Assembly (NCBI GenBank): GCA_965215195.1
Contig: CBDCDC010000002.1
Coordinates: forward strand, 768,001 to 832,000
From: Candidatus Latescibacterota bacterium
Lineage (GTDB): Bacteria; Latescibacterota; UBA2968; UBA8231
Length of the DNA stretch: 64,000 nt
Reading direction: 5' to 3'
A program made the translations under genes and the position numbers. The notes beneath the pieces were generated by a model. It did not search any database. It had not been told where the DNA came from and saw only the letters and a list, made by a program, of their open reading frames with translations. Positions 48,618-57,446 of the stretch are shown in pieces; within the stretch, counting starts at the first letter, position 1, and the number at the start of each line of letters is the position of its first letter.

Positions 48618-50855
48618 TTAGAAGAATATCTTGTGCAGCAGGCGCAGATTGCGGCCTGGCTCGGGCAGGATCTCTTTGACGCGGTTGAGGTGATTGCGGT
48701 ACACCGCGTCGGTAGCGTTTTCCAAGGTCAAGGAGAAGGTGTGCAGACGTCCCCCCCACTGCGCGTAGTACTGGCTCGAAAGATCCAGCACTGCGTAGCC
48801 TTCCGTAGGCTCTTCAAACTCACCGACCTGGTCCTGTTCCGCAGCCAAGCGCACGTCAATGGTCGCACTCAGCGCCTCGGTGGGTTCGCAGGTCAGGCTC
48901 AGGTGCCCTTGCAGGGGCGGCAGACGCGGCAGGGGTTCGCGGTTGCGGTCAGCGAGGTGGCCGCGCACATAGCTGAGGGAGCCAGCCGTTTTCCAGTGCT
49001 TTGCCACGTGCCAATCGAAGGTGGCTTCGGCACCGTGCATGAGGACGCGCTCCCCCACAGTCTGGTAGAGAAAGAGATCGGCGCGGCGCAAGCTGCGCTC
49101 GCCGCTGTTCTTGGGGAAAATGTACCCGTCAATGGCGTTGCGGAAGATGGCCAAGTGCAGATGGCCTTCTTCGCGGTGATAGTCGGCAAACAGCTCCAAC
49201 CCCAAGCCGCGCTCGCTGTCGAGAGCACCATTGCCCACCTCGTACGCATAGGCGGCCAAATGCGGTCCTTCGGAGAACAGCTCTTCAATGCCGGGAGCGC
49301 GAAAAGTGCGCATCAAGGTCGTGCCCAACGTCAAAGTCGAACTGGCGCGATAGTGATTGGACAAACCGGCAGACATCCCGGCAAAATCGCGCGTCTGGAT
49401 GCTGCCGACCCGGCGCGAATAGCGCTCCTCGCGTGGCTCGACGCGGCGGGCGTCAACGCGCAGGGCCGCATTGGCTGCCCAAGGCCCATGCTGCCACTCT
49501 TGGTACGCGAACAAAGCACCGGCATATTCCTCGGCCGGCGGCGTATAGTTGAGCCCGGCCGCGGCATAGTTGCGGTACTCGTACCACAGACCAACCGCGC
49601 CGTTTTCAAAAGGCCCCATGCGATCCAAGTGAGCTAGCGCACCGCTGTTGTGCGTGAGCACACCGAACTCCAGCCCCAAGGCACCGCTAGCTTCGAATTC
49701 GCCGTGCTGATAGCGCGAAAACGAGTGGTGCAATTCTAGGCGCTGGAGCCAGTCCGGCCCGGTGACAATTTCGCCACGCCCTTCGAGGTGCTGGCGCTGG
49801 AGATCAATGGATATGCCGTGCGGGTGGCCGCCCTGCGGATCGGGGGGAATGCCGTAGTCGGAGTTGTACAAGCTACCGGACGCGCCCACGTGCCCCCAAG
49901 GACGCACCAGACTCAGGCCGACCGAAGCATTGCCGGTGCGGATATCCGTATTGGCGAGTACCCCACGCGGCGTGGCAATATCGTCGGCATTGCGCAGACT
50001 GCTGTCGAAGCGCAGGGCCAGTGGGCCGAGCGGCTGTTCAAGAGTCAGGCCGCCGGACAAACCGCGATTGACGCTCTCCCCCTGATACGTCACAGATCCC
50101 CCCAAGTCGTCGGGCCGCTCGGAGGGCACGTACCCGCGCACCACGTTGACGACCCCGGCTAAAGCATTAGAGCCGTAGAGCAAGGTGTGGGGGCCGCGCA
50201 CGACCTCGATGCGCTCGGTGGTCATCGGCTCGATAGCCACGGCATGGTCTGAGGAAGTGCCGGACAAATCGCCGGTGCGCTCGCCGTCTTCGACCATCAG
50301 CAAGCGGTCGCCACCCAGCCCGCGCAGCACCGGACGCGCCGGCGCGGGCCCCATCGAACGCTGAGCAATGCCCGGCTCGTAGGCGATGGTCTCGGCGATG
50401 GTGCGGCTCAAGTTCTGCCGCAGCTTGCTACCGCTGAAGACAATTTCGGGTGCTTGGAGTGGGGAAACAGGGCTCCTGTGTTCGCCTTCGATGAGAATCG
50501 CCTCTACGTGCAGGGACTCGTGGCCGATAACCAGATCGACGTGGGTGGTATCCCCGGCCACGACCTCGACCTCAAAGCGGGCCTCGCGGTAGCCGACGTG
50601 TAGGCTTTGCAAGACGTGCGCACCAGAGGGTACGTTGGCGAAAAAGAAGTACCCCTCGGCATCGCTCATCCGCGCCCGTTCGAGCCCCTCGATGACGACG
50701 GTAGTCCAAGCGACGGATTGGCCGCTTTCGGCGTCGATCACATGACCGGCTAGCGAACCGGTCTGGTCGCCCCAAGCGGAACTTACTGCTAGGCCGAGTA
50801 CAGGGGCGAACCTCAAAAGCAGCCGGGACCAGATTCTACGGCTTGCGTTTTTCAT
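48618..50855 (-). CDS. TonB-dependent receptor, ZnuD-like metal uptake
   Basis: ATG at 50855, CarboxypepD-like N-domain, RPVLRGLGGDR...DHAV...IEVVRGP..LLYGSNALAGVVNV, ELFSEGPH, PGRN, C-terminal Phe. Confidence 0.92.
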   Translation of the reverse strand: MKNASRRIWSRLLLRFAPVLGLAVSSAWGDQTGSLAGHVIDAESGQSVAWTTVVIEGLERARMSDAEGYFFFANVPSGAHVLQSLHVGYREARFEVEVVAGDTTHVDLVIGHESLHVEAILIEGEHRSPVSPLQAPEIVFSGSKLRQNLSRTIAETIAYEPGIAQRSMGPAPARPVLRGLGGDRLLMVEDGERTGDLSGTSSDHAVAIEPMTTERIEVVRGPHTLLYGSNALAGVVNVVRGYVPSERPDDLGGSVTYQGESVNRGLSGGLTLEQPLGPLALRFDSSLRNADDIATPRGVLANTDIRTGNASVGLSLVRPWGHVGASGSLYNSDYGIPPDPQGGHPHGISIDLQRQHLEGRGEIVTGPDWLQRLELHHSFSRYQHGEFEASGALGLEFGVLTHNSGALAHLDRMGPFENGAVGLWYEYRNYAAAGLNYTPPAEEYAGALFAYQEWQHGPWAANAALRVDARRVEPREERYSRRVGSIQTRDFAGMSAGLSNHYRASSTLTLGTTLMRTFRAPGIEELFSEGPHLAAYAYEVGNGALDSERGLGLELFADYHREEGHLHLAIFRNAIDGYIFPKNSGERSLRRADLFLYQTVGERVLMHGAEATFDWHVAKHWKTAGSLSYVRGHLADRNREPLPRLPPLQGHLSLTCEPTEALSATIDVRLAAEQDQVGEFEEPTEGYAVLDLSSQYYAQWGGRLHTFSLTLENATDAVYRNHLNRVKEILPEPGRNLRLLHKIFF

Positions 50856-50958
50856 TTGTCGGCTATCCAATTGACCTTGACATAAGTACACGGGACCGGA
50901 GTTTGCGTCCGCTCTCGCGTCGCTTTTACCTATGAAGGCCGCAGCAGCTCTAACCATT

Positions 50959-51465
50959 TTACCCCTCCTCGTCGTGCTCGTCGTGTTCCTCACCGGGTCC
51001 GTCCTCGCTGACGTGAATCTCAATCTCCGGCGAGACGAAATCGGCGTGGCCTTCGTGGTTGACCTTGAGGCGGATGGTAGTCGCGCCTTCCTCTAAGCCG
51101 AGGATGTGAAAAGCCCAAGCCCCGTCCTCGGCGTGATGCTCAACTTCGGCGATGCTCTCGTCGGCAATTTCCCAACCGAGGGAGAAATCATCGGCTTCGT
51201 CTGGGGTGAAGAGATCGCCGTCTTCGGCGATAAAGCGCACGGAAAGCAGCGCGGTTTCCTTGCCGTGACCGACTTCAATTTCGCCGGTCACTTGGCCGCT
51301 TTCAACCCGGACGATTTCAGCGCCGCTATCGCGCACGATCAGACCGACAGCCTCGGCGTGTTCATCATGGTGGTCAGGATCGACGGGATTATCGTCGTCG
51401 CCGCAGCTAGCCATAAAGAGGGCTAAGGCGAAAATGCTCAACGCAGACATACTTCTTTTCAGCAT
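50959..51465 (-). CDS. His/acidic-rich lipoprotein (copy A), putative metal-binding
   Basis: TGGAG RBS, MASC lipobox, DHHDEHAE, HEGHADF, EEHDEHDEE. Confidence 0.85.
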   Translation of the reverse strand: MLKRSMSALSIFALALFMASCGDDDNPVDPDHHDEHAEAVGLIVRDSGAEIVRVESGQVTGEIEVGHGKETALLSVRFIAEDGDLFTPDEADDFSLGWEIADESIAEVEHHAEDGAWAFHILGLEEGATTIRLKVNHEGHADFVSPEIEIHVSEDGPGEEHDEHDEEG

Positions 51466-51580
51466 GGTGCTAGTCTCCAATGGTTTGACCGTCCACGCGC
51501 ATTTCACCTAAGGCGTTGTGCGCAGAACGGGAATTTAATGGTACGCGAATTGGATCTGGAGAGAGGCACCCACGCACTAA

Positions 51581-51732
51581 GAGGCGGTCTGAAAACGCAC
51601 GTCAGGCCGTTAGGGCCTAGGAGGGAGGGCGTCTCGCCCTCCACCCTGCGAGGGCAAGAGGCCCTCGCACCCAAGCTATGGGCCACACGAGGGGTTTGTC
51701 ACGCCTAAAGGCGCGGTGAAGCAGACCGCTTC
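51581..51732. mobile_element. MITE-like element containing a REP-like hairpin doublet (copy A)
   Basis: Ends GAGGCGGTCTG / CAGACCGCTTC flanked by TAA on both sides; inner hairpins GGAGGGCG-TCT-CGCCCTCC and TGCGAGGGC..GCCCTCGCA. Confidence 0.55.
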
Positions 51733-51758
51733 TAAGGCAGTTTACCAGCGTGGATGCA

Positions 51759-52073
51759 CTAGCACCGGGGCGGGCCGCGGTTGAGATGGGTAAAGCGAGG
51801 GGTAAAAAGGAGTAACGGTACTGTGCGCAGAGTGGACGGATTTGGCTCTGAGGCATTCAGCACCACGAGCGCGAGCGCCAAGCCCCAAAAAAGGAGCGAT
51901 AGGCTGCTCTGCAACAGGCAAGCTGGGCAGTTCTCAGGCTCGACGTGGCTCTCGTGGCAAAGCTGGTGGCCGAAGGGTAAGCCGCAGCTTACAGCCGCAA
52001 AGAGCACGGTCAGCACCAGCAGAGCCAGCGAGGACGCCGAGCCTATCGAGATGTCCGTTTTGCGCGTTAGCAT
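51759..52073 (-). CDS. DUF2946-like leader protein (copy A)
   Basis: Hydrophobic N-terminus, HQLCHESH...CPAC, Pro-rich linker, C-terminal RGPP. Confidence 0.78.
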   Translation of the reverse strand: MLTRKTDISIGSASSLALLVLTVLFAAVSCGLPFGHQLCHESHVEPENCPACLLQSSLSLLFWGLALALVVLNASEPNPSTLRTVPLLLFTPRFTHLNRGPPRC

Positions 52074-52081
52074 GGTCTTTG

Positions 52082-52109
52082 ATTTTAGTGGTTTGGCAAA
52101 AAAACGCAA
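52082..52109 (-). promoter_or_regulatory. Sigma70-type promoter, likely leaderless transcript (copy A)
   Basis: TTGCGT-N16-TAAAAT, with ATG 8 nt downstream. Confidence 0.55.
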
Positions 52110-52179
52110 CTTCAACCCCAGCAGGCTTGCCCTTTTTAAGCACTGTCCACTCAACGGGTTGGCCGCTTTCGGCGAGCAC

Positions 52180-52350
52180 CAGTCTGGTCGCCCCAAGCGG
52201 GACCTGCTGCTAGGCCAAGTACGGACGCAAGCCTCCAAAGCAGCCGGGCCAGATTCTGCGGCTTGCGGCTTTTGTCTGTCGGCTATCCAATTGACCTTGA
52301 CATAAATGCGCGGGACCGGAGCTTGCGTCCGGTCCCGCGTCGCTTTTACC
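52180..52350 (-). pseudogene. Degenerate remnant of the TonB-receptor 5' end and upstream hairpin
   Basis: Aligns by eye to ~50760-50931; the ATG is lost; hairpin CGCGGGACCGGA..TCCGGTCCCGCG. Confidence 0.7.
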
Positions 52351-52368
52351 TAAGTGGGTCTAACCGCT

Positions 52369-52875
52369 TTACCCTTCTTCTTCGTGCTCGTCGTGTTCCT
52401 CACCGGGTCCGTCCTCGCTGACGTGAATCTCAATCTCCGGCGAGACGAAATCGGCGTGGCCTTCGTGGTCGATCTTGAGGCGGATGGTAGTCGCGCCTTC
52501 CTCTAAGCCGAGGATGTGAAAAGCCCAAGCCCCGTCCTCGGCGTGATGCTCAACTTCGGCGATGCTCTCGTCGGCAATTTCCCAACCGAGGGAGAAATCA
52601 TCGGCTTCGTCTGGGGTAAAGAGATCGCCGTCTTCGGCGATAAAGCGCACGGAAAGCAGCGCGGTTTCCTTGCCGTGACCGACTTCAATCTCGCCGGTCA
52701 CTTGGCCGCTTTCAACGCGGACGATTTCAGCGCCGCTATCGCGCACGATCAGGCCGACGGCCTCGGCGTGTTCATCATGGTGGTCAGGATCGACGGGATT
52801 ATCGTCGTCGCCGCAGCTAGCAACAAAGAGGGCCAAGGCGAAAATGCTCAACGCAGACATACTTCTTTTAAGCAT
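52369..52875 (-). CDS. His/acidic-rich lipoprotein (copy B)
   Basis: Near-identical to 50959..51465, with only a few substitutions. Confidence 0.85.
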   Translation of the reverse strand: MLKRSMSALSIFALALFVASCGDDDNPVDPDHHDEHAEAVGLIVRDSGAEIVRVESGQVTGEIEVGHGKETALLSVRFIAEDGDLFTPDEADDFSLGWEIADESIAEVEHHAEDGAWAFHILGLEEGATTIRLKIDHEGHADFVSPEIEIHVSEDGPGEEHDEHEEEG

Positions 52876-52989
52876 GGTGCTAGTCTCCAATGGTTTGACC
52901 GTCCACGCGCACTGCGTTCACTAGGCGCACAGAACGGAGATTTAGTGGTACGAGAAATACGGATCTGGAGAGAGGCACCCACGCACTAA

Positions 52990-53117
52990 GAGGCGGTCTG
53001 AAAACTCGCGTCGGGCCGGGCCGTTAGGGCCTAGGAGGGAGGGCGTCTCGCCCTCCACCATGCGAGGGCAAGATGCTCTCGCACCCAAGCTATGGGCCGC
53101 AGTTTTCAGAACGCTTC
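52990..53117. mobile_element. MITE-like element containing a REP-like hairpin doublet (copy B)
   Basis: GAGGCGGTCTGAAAACT / AGTTTTCAGAACGCTTC (15/17 inverted match) flanked by TAA at 52987-52989 and 53118-53120. Confidence 0.6.
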
Positions 53118-53141
53118 TAAGGCAGTTTCAGCGTGGATGCA

Positions 53142-53456
53142 CTAACACCGGGGCGGGCCGCGGTTGAGATGGGTAAAGCGAGGGGTGAAAAGAGGCAGGG
53201 GTACTGTGCGCGGGGCGGACGGGCCTAGCTCGGGGGCGTTTAGTGCCACGAGCACGAGCGGCAGGCCCCAAAAAAGGAGCGATAGGCCGCTCTGCAACAA
53301 GTAAGCCGGGCAATTCTCCGGCTCAACGAGGCTCTCGTGGAAAAGCTGGTGGCCGAAGGGCAAGCCGCATAAGACAGCCGCCAAGAGCGCGGTCAGCACC
53401 AGCAGGCTTAGCGAGTGCGCCGAATGCGTCGAGAGGTCCGTTTTGCGCGTTAGCAT
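53142..53456 (-). CDS. DUF2946-like leader protein (copy B, reduced Cys/His set)
   Basis: Paralog of copy A with HQLFHESL...CPAY; RGPP retained. Confidence 0.78.
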   Translation of the reverse strand: MLTRKTDLSTHSAHSLSLLVLTALLAAVLCGLPFGHQLFHESLVEPENCPAYLLQSGLSLLFWGLPLVLVALNAPELGPSAPRTVPLPLFTPRFTHLNRGPPRC

Positions 53457-53464
53457 GACCTTTG

Positions 53465-53493
53465 ATTTTAGTGGTCCGGCAGCAAAAACGCAA
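53465..53493 (-). promoter_or_regulatory. Sigma70-type promoter, likely leaderless transcript (copy B)
   Basis: TTGCGT-N17-TAAAAT, with ATG 8 nt downstream; conserved between copies. Confidence 0.6.
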
Positions 53494-53559
53494 CTTCAAC
53501 TCCAGCGGCCACCCTGATCGAGGCTTGCCCTTTCTAGGAGATGTTTCCTTCTTATCACA

Positions 53560-54795
53560 ATGACCTTTGAATTTCTTGGGATATTGACCCGTTTTTTCGC
53601 CTTCCTCTGGTCATCCTTCCTGTTGTTAGCACCCATGCTTCTGCTGGGGCTGTTCCTTTCCGGCCTGATCCACGTATTCATCTCCCGCCAAGCCATACTC
53701 CGCTGGCTCCGCGACGACAGTCTGAAGTCCGTAACCACGAGCTCGGCCATTGGCGTACCCGTGCCCCTGTGCAGTTGCTCGGTCGTGCCGGTAGTCGCTG
53801 AGATGCGCAATAAGGGCGCGTCCCGTGCGTCCTGCATGTCTTTCTTGATCACCGCGCCGGAGACGGGTGCGGACTCGATCTTAGTCACTAATGCCTTTTT
53901 CGGACCCATCGTTGCCATTGTGCGGCCCGTCATCAGCTTTATCACCGCGGTCGTCGCCGGGGTCTTTTGCATTGGCCTCATAAGAGACGACCGCGACGAA
54001 GCCAAGGCGAGCGACCCCAACCAGTGCCACAACTGTGCCCACGACCACGGCTGGCACCAATCTCTCGTAGCCGACAGGGATGATTGCTACGTCAGCCCCG
54101 CTCAACTCAAGGTATTACTGGTCAACTGGATTGCTCGCAGACGATCCACCGGCGATGTACCCACAGACGCTCAGGGTTTGGATTTCGAGAAGCTGGTCAA
54201 GCACGTCTTGCGCTATGGCTTCGTCGAGATAGCCGACGACATTCTCTTTGCGCTGCTGGTGGGCGTCGCGCTGGGCGGGGTGCTCTTTCTGGCCATTCCG
54301 AGCGATTTGATGGCGCACGAGTATGCCCGCTATCTGTCCTATCCGGTCATGGTGCTGATCGGCATTCCCCTCTACATCTGCGCATCCGCCAGCACCCCGA
54401 TCGCCGCCGCACTCGTTGCCAAGGGAGTCAGCCCGGGTGCGGCCCTGATCTTTCTGATGACCGGACCGGCCACCAACACGGGCACCATCGCGATCATCGT
54501 CAGCCAGTTCGGCTCCCGCTTCGCATCCATCTACGTCGCCGCAGTCATCGCGGTTACGCTCGTCCTCGGCATCGCGATCGACGCGCTGCTGCTGGCCGCT
54601 GGGCTGACGATTTCCGCGGACCTCAACGCCTCCCATGCGCCGGCCATTCAGTTCCTGCAATGGGGCAGCGCTTTTGCCCTCATCGCCCTGATCGTCTGGC
54701 GGTTCCGGGCCGGTGCCCTGCGCAGCGGGTACGAGGATATGCTGCTCAATATCCGTCCCGGGTCCAGCACCAGCGACCGGTGTGGGGACACCTGA
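53560..54795 (+). CDS. DUF318/SO_0444-family metal permease (copy B)
   Basis: Close paralog of 47339..48574; loop QCHNCAHDHGWH. Confidence 0.88.
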   Translation: MTFEFLGILTRFFAFLWSSFLLLAPMLLLGLFLSGLIHVFISRQAILRWLRDDSLKSVTTSSAIGVPVPLCSCSVVPVVAEMRNKGASRASCMSFLITAPETGADSILVTNAFFGPIVAIVRPVISFITAVVAGVFCIGLIRDDRDEAKASDPNQCHNCAHDHGWHQSLVADRDDCYVSPAQLKVLLVNWIARRRSTGDVPTDAQGLDFEKLVKHVLRYGFVEIADDILFALLVGVALGGVLFLAIPSDLMAHEYARYLSYPVMVLIGIPLYICASASTPIAAALVAKGVSPGAALIFLMTGPATNTGTIAIIVSQFGSRFASIYVAAVIAVTLVLGIAIDALLLAAGLTISADLNASHAPAIQFLQWGSAFALIALIVWRFRAGALRSGYEDMLLNIRPGSSTSDRCGDT

Positions 54796-54998
54796 GCGGC
54801 AGTCGTTTCTTGCGGGCATCCTCTTCCCACCGCGCTAATGGACCTGCCGCAGGTATTCGCCTTTAGGCGTCAGCAGGGTGGTGCCGGCGAGCACCTTGGG
54901 CACTTGATTCATTATCTCCTCACGACTCTGTTTGACGACAGCGTACCCTTTTCGTTGAAGGGAACTGCGCTCGCAGATAGTTTCCGGTCCTAGCCATC

Positions 54999-55832
54999 AT
55001 GGACTCAAATTCTCTACTGATCTTGTTGGCCTACTCAGCCGCCATCTTTGCCGCTTCCTTGCTCGGCGGGAAACTGTCGGCCTTGGGCACCATGACGCAT
55101 ACGCGCACCCAAGTCGTGATGAGTCTGGTGGCCGGCTTCATCCTCGGCATCGCCATGTTTCACATGCTACCCCACAGCCTCGAGCGCATTCCCGGGCCTG
55201 ACGTGGTAGAAAAAGCCGTGGGCTGGATGGTGTGCGGCATGGTCCTGATGATTTTTTTGCTACGCATCTTTCACTTTCATCAGCACGACTTCAGCCGCGA
55301 GGCGAGCGATCTGTACGATCGGCACGGCCACGGTGGCGTCCATGCGCGGAGTTTGTTCGGCGTTGCCCTCGGCCTAGGGGTGCATACCGCGACCGAAGGG
55401 ATCGCGCTGGGAACCAGCATGAGGTTGGGGCCGCCGCACGAAAGCGATGCCGCGTTGGCGGGCCTAGGGGTATTCCTCGCCATTGTGCTGCACAAGCCGC
55501 TAGACGCGTACTCCATTATCGGCATGATGCAGTCGGCCGGTCACAGCCGGCGCGCCCGCACGGCGGTCAATGTCGGATTTGCCATGCTGGGCCCTGTGGT
55601 GGCACTGGCGAGTTTCTGGGGCGTGGGATTGCTCGGCCCGCAAGAAGGGGCGGTGGTCGGCTACGCGCTGGCCTTTGCAGCGGGTGCGTTCCTGTGCATT
55701 GCCTTGAGCGACCTGCTGCCGGAGATCCATTTCCACAGCCACGATCGCGGCAAGCTCATCGCATCCCTCCTCGTGGGAATCGGTCTGGCCTATGCCCTGT
55801 GCGTTGAATCCAGCACCATCCATGGGCATTAG
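54999..55832 (+). CDS. ZIP-family metal transporter (copy B)
   Basis: Close paralog of 44066..44863; ends STIHGH. Confidence 0.9.
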   Translation: MDSNSLLILLAYSAAIFAASLLGGKLSALGTMTHTRTQVVMSLVAGFILGIAMFHMLPHSLERIPGPDVVEKAVGWMVCGMVLMIFLLRIFHFHQHDFSREASDLYDRHGHGGVHARSLFGVALGLGVHTATEGIALGTSMRLGPPHESDAALAGLGVFLAIVLHKPLDAYSIIGMMQSAGHSRRARTAVNVGFAMLGPVVALASFWGVGLLGPQEGAVVGYALAFAAGAFLCIALSDLLPEIHFHSHDRGKLIASLLVGIGLAYALCVESSTIHGH

Positions 55833-55972
55833 TCCGGCCGCGAGCGTAGCCGCACTTGGACCGCAGTACATCTTTTATAGCTAGGGCCAGCGACGGCGGG
55901 AGCCGCACCGGCGATCAGTATCTTAGTTGTCGCCGATAAGTGAATGGCGGTTAGCCCGGCAGCGATCAAAAG

Positions 55973-56983
55973 CTATATCGCTATCTTCTGCCCCTTCTTC
56001 ACCGACTCAATTTCCTTCAAACACAATAGCAGGGAGTTCCGCGCGCTCTGACCGCCCAGCTCCTGCGATGCCCGGCCGTGCGCGATCGCATCCACCGCTT
56101 CCTGCAGCTCGCCGACGAAGCCGTCCTCGCCCGGCAGGGGCGGAGTGCAGACCTCGCCATCCTTGGTCAATAGTTGCGGCGGCTGGCCCCAAGACGAGTT
56201 GTACTTGAGCGTGGCCTCCTCAAAGTACACGTCGTAGCCGTGCTCAAAGGGACAGCCCTGTTGCGCCAACCAGCCGCCTTCGGCACTGATGGCCATTGGG
56301 CCGTCGTACTGGTAGTGGGTGTTGATGTACTCGACCGTCTCGCCCCGGCCCATGTACCCTTGCGCGCTGACTGCGGTGGGCATCCCAAACAAAAACTGCA
56401 CGAAGTCCGCGTCGTGGATGTGCAGGTCGATCGCTGGGCCGCCAGTCCGCTGCAAGTCTTCTGGGGCCCACCACGCCGGGCGCGAGATAATCCGCTTGAA
56501 GTGGGCGGCGAGCACCGGGCCGTGTTCTCCGCTGGCGACGCGCTCTTTGATCAGCCGGAATTCTGGAAAGTAGCGCAGGACGTGGGCAACCATAAACTGC
56601 CGCTGGTGTTCCTCGGCCGCCGCCACGATCCGGTCGGCATCGTCCAAGGCTAGTGCAATGGGCTTTTCCACGAGCACGTGCTTGCCGGCAGTTAGCGCAC
56701 GGATGCTGGCCTCAACGTGCATGGTCGTCGGCAGGCAGATATCCACCAAGTCGATCTCCGGGTCGGCGCACAGCTCGTCCAGCGTTTCGCAGCAGCGTAT
56801 GCCCGACAAGTCCTGCACCCCGCCGCTGTCGCCGAAATTGCCCTGAATAGTGCGCCAATCCCCGGCGCGCTTTTTGGGGTCGCGGGAGACGATGGCCGCG
56901 ACTTGGCCCCCTTTGACTTGGGCCATCGCCTTGTAGTGGGTCATGCCCATAAAGCCGATTCCAACAATGCCGATGTTGACCAT
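55973..56983 (-). CDS. Gfo/Idh/MocA oxidoreductase
   Basis: GIVGIGFMG, ICLPT..H, GKHVLVEKP, DLHIHD. Upstream AGGAGG and TTGACA-N18-TATTCT. Confidence 0.93.
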   Translation of the reverse strand: MVNIGIVGIGFMGMTHYKAMAQVKGGQVAAIVSRDPKKRAGDWRTIQGNFGDSGGVQDLSGIRCCETLDELCADPEIDLVDICLPTTMHVEASIRALTAGKHVLVEKPIALALDDADRIVAAAEEHQRQFMVAHVLRYFPEFRLIKERVASGEHGPVLAAHFKRIISRPAWWAPEDLQRTGGPAIDLHIHDADFVQFLFGMPTAVSAQGYMGRGETVEYINTHYQYDGPMAISAEGGWLAQQGCPFEHGYDVYFEEATLKYNSSWGQPPQLLTKDGEVCTPPLPGEDGFVGELQEAVDAIAHGRASQELGGQSARNSLLLCLKEIESVKKGQKIAI

Positions 56984-57293
56984 TATTTTCTCCTCCTCCT
57001 TGTGTGGAACCGCTAGAATAGGCCCCGCGCCCGACTGCTGTCAAGCCAATTGCACAGCGCGGCAAGCACGTGGCTAGCGCAAGGGCCGACGAGGTCTAGA
57101 CCAGACGGTCGCGAACTTCGACAGCATTGGCCGGTGGACCGGAGTTGCGCTCTGCGTCTGTTTCAAATGCGCCCTCTTTCGGAGGCGAGTCAACCAACTT
57201 GAAACATCGCGATTATAGAACGTGGTTGTATAGGTGAAACAGGCACTCCTGCCCTAGAAAAAGTAGCTGTCAAGCCTTCATAATTACGAGGAT

Positions 57294-57320
57294 AAAAGTG
57301 CGAATTCCGAGCACTTTTTT
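57294..57320. terminator. Terminator-like hairpin in a divergent intergenic region
   Basis: AAAAGTGC-GAATTCCGA-GCACTTTTTT. Confidence 0.5.
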
Positions 57321-57446
57321 AGCTCACCCGCCAGATTCCACTAACCGCTAAGTCGTCCTTTTGGCGATCATCCGCAGGACTGTTATACTATCTCACATGC
57401 CGGATGCTTGCCGGTGCGTCTCCATACGCCAACGAGGAACCATCCC

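Noticed and set aside
51464-51766. ATGGTGCTAGT / CACTAGCACC resemble the IS982 TIR core, suggesting an IS982-derived MITE
   Set aside because: The matches are only 10-11 nt, lack the terminal ACCA and a target duplication, and sit in the start-codon and stop-codon contexts. Regulatory pairing or coincidence is more parsimonious.
57159-57206. GTTTCAA...TTGAAAC as a CRISPR repeat or tracrRNA
   Set aside because: It is a single copy, longer than typical repeats, with no cas genes nearby. Kept only as a structured-RNA candidate.
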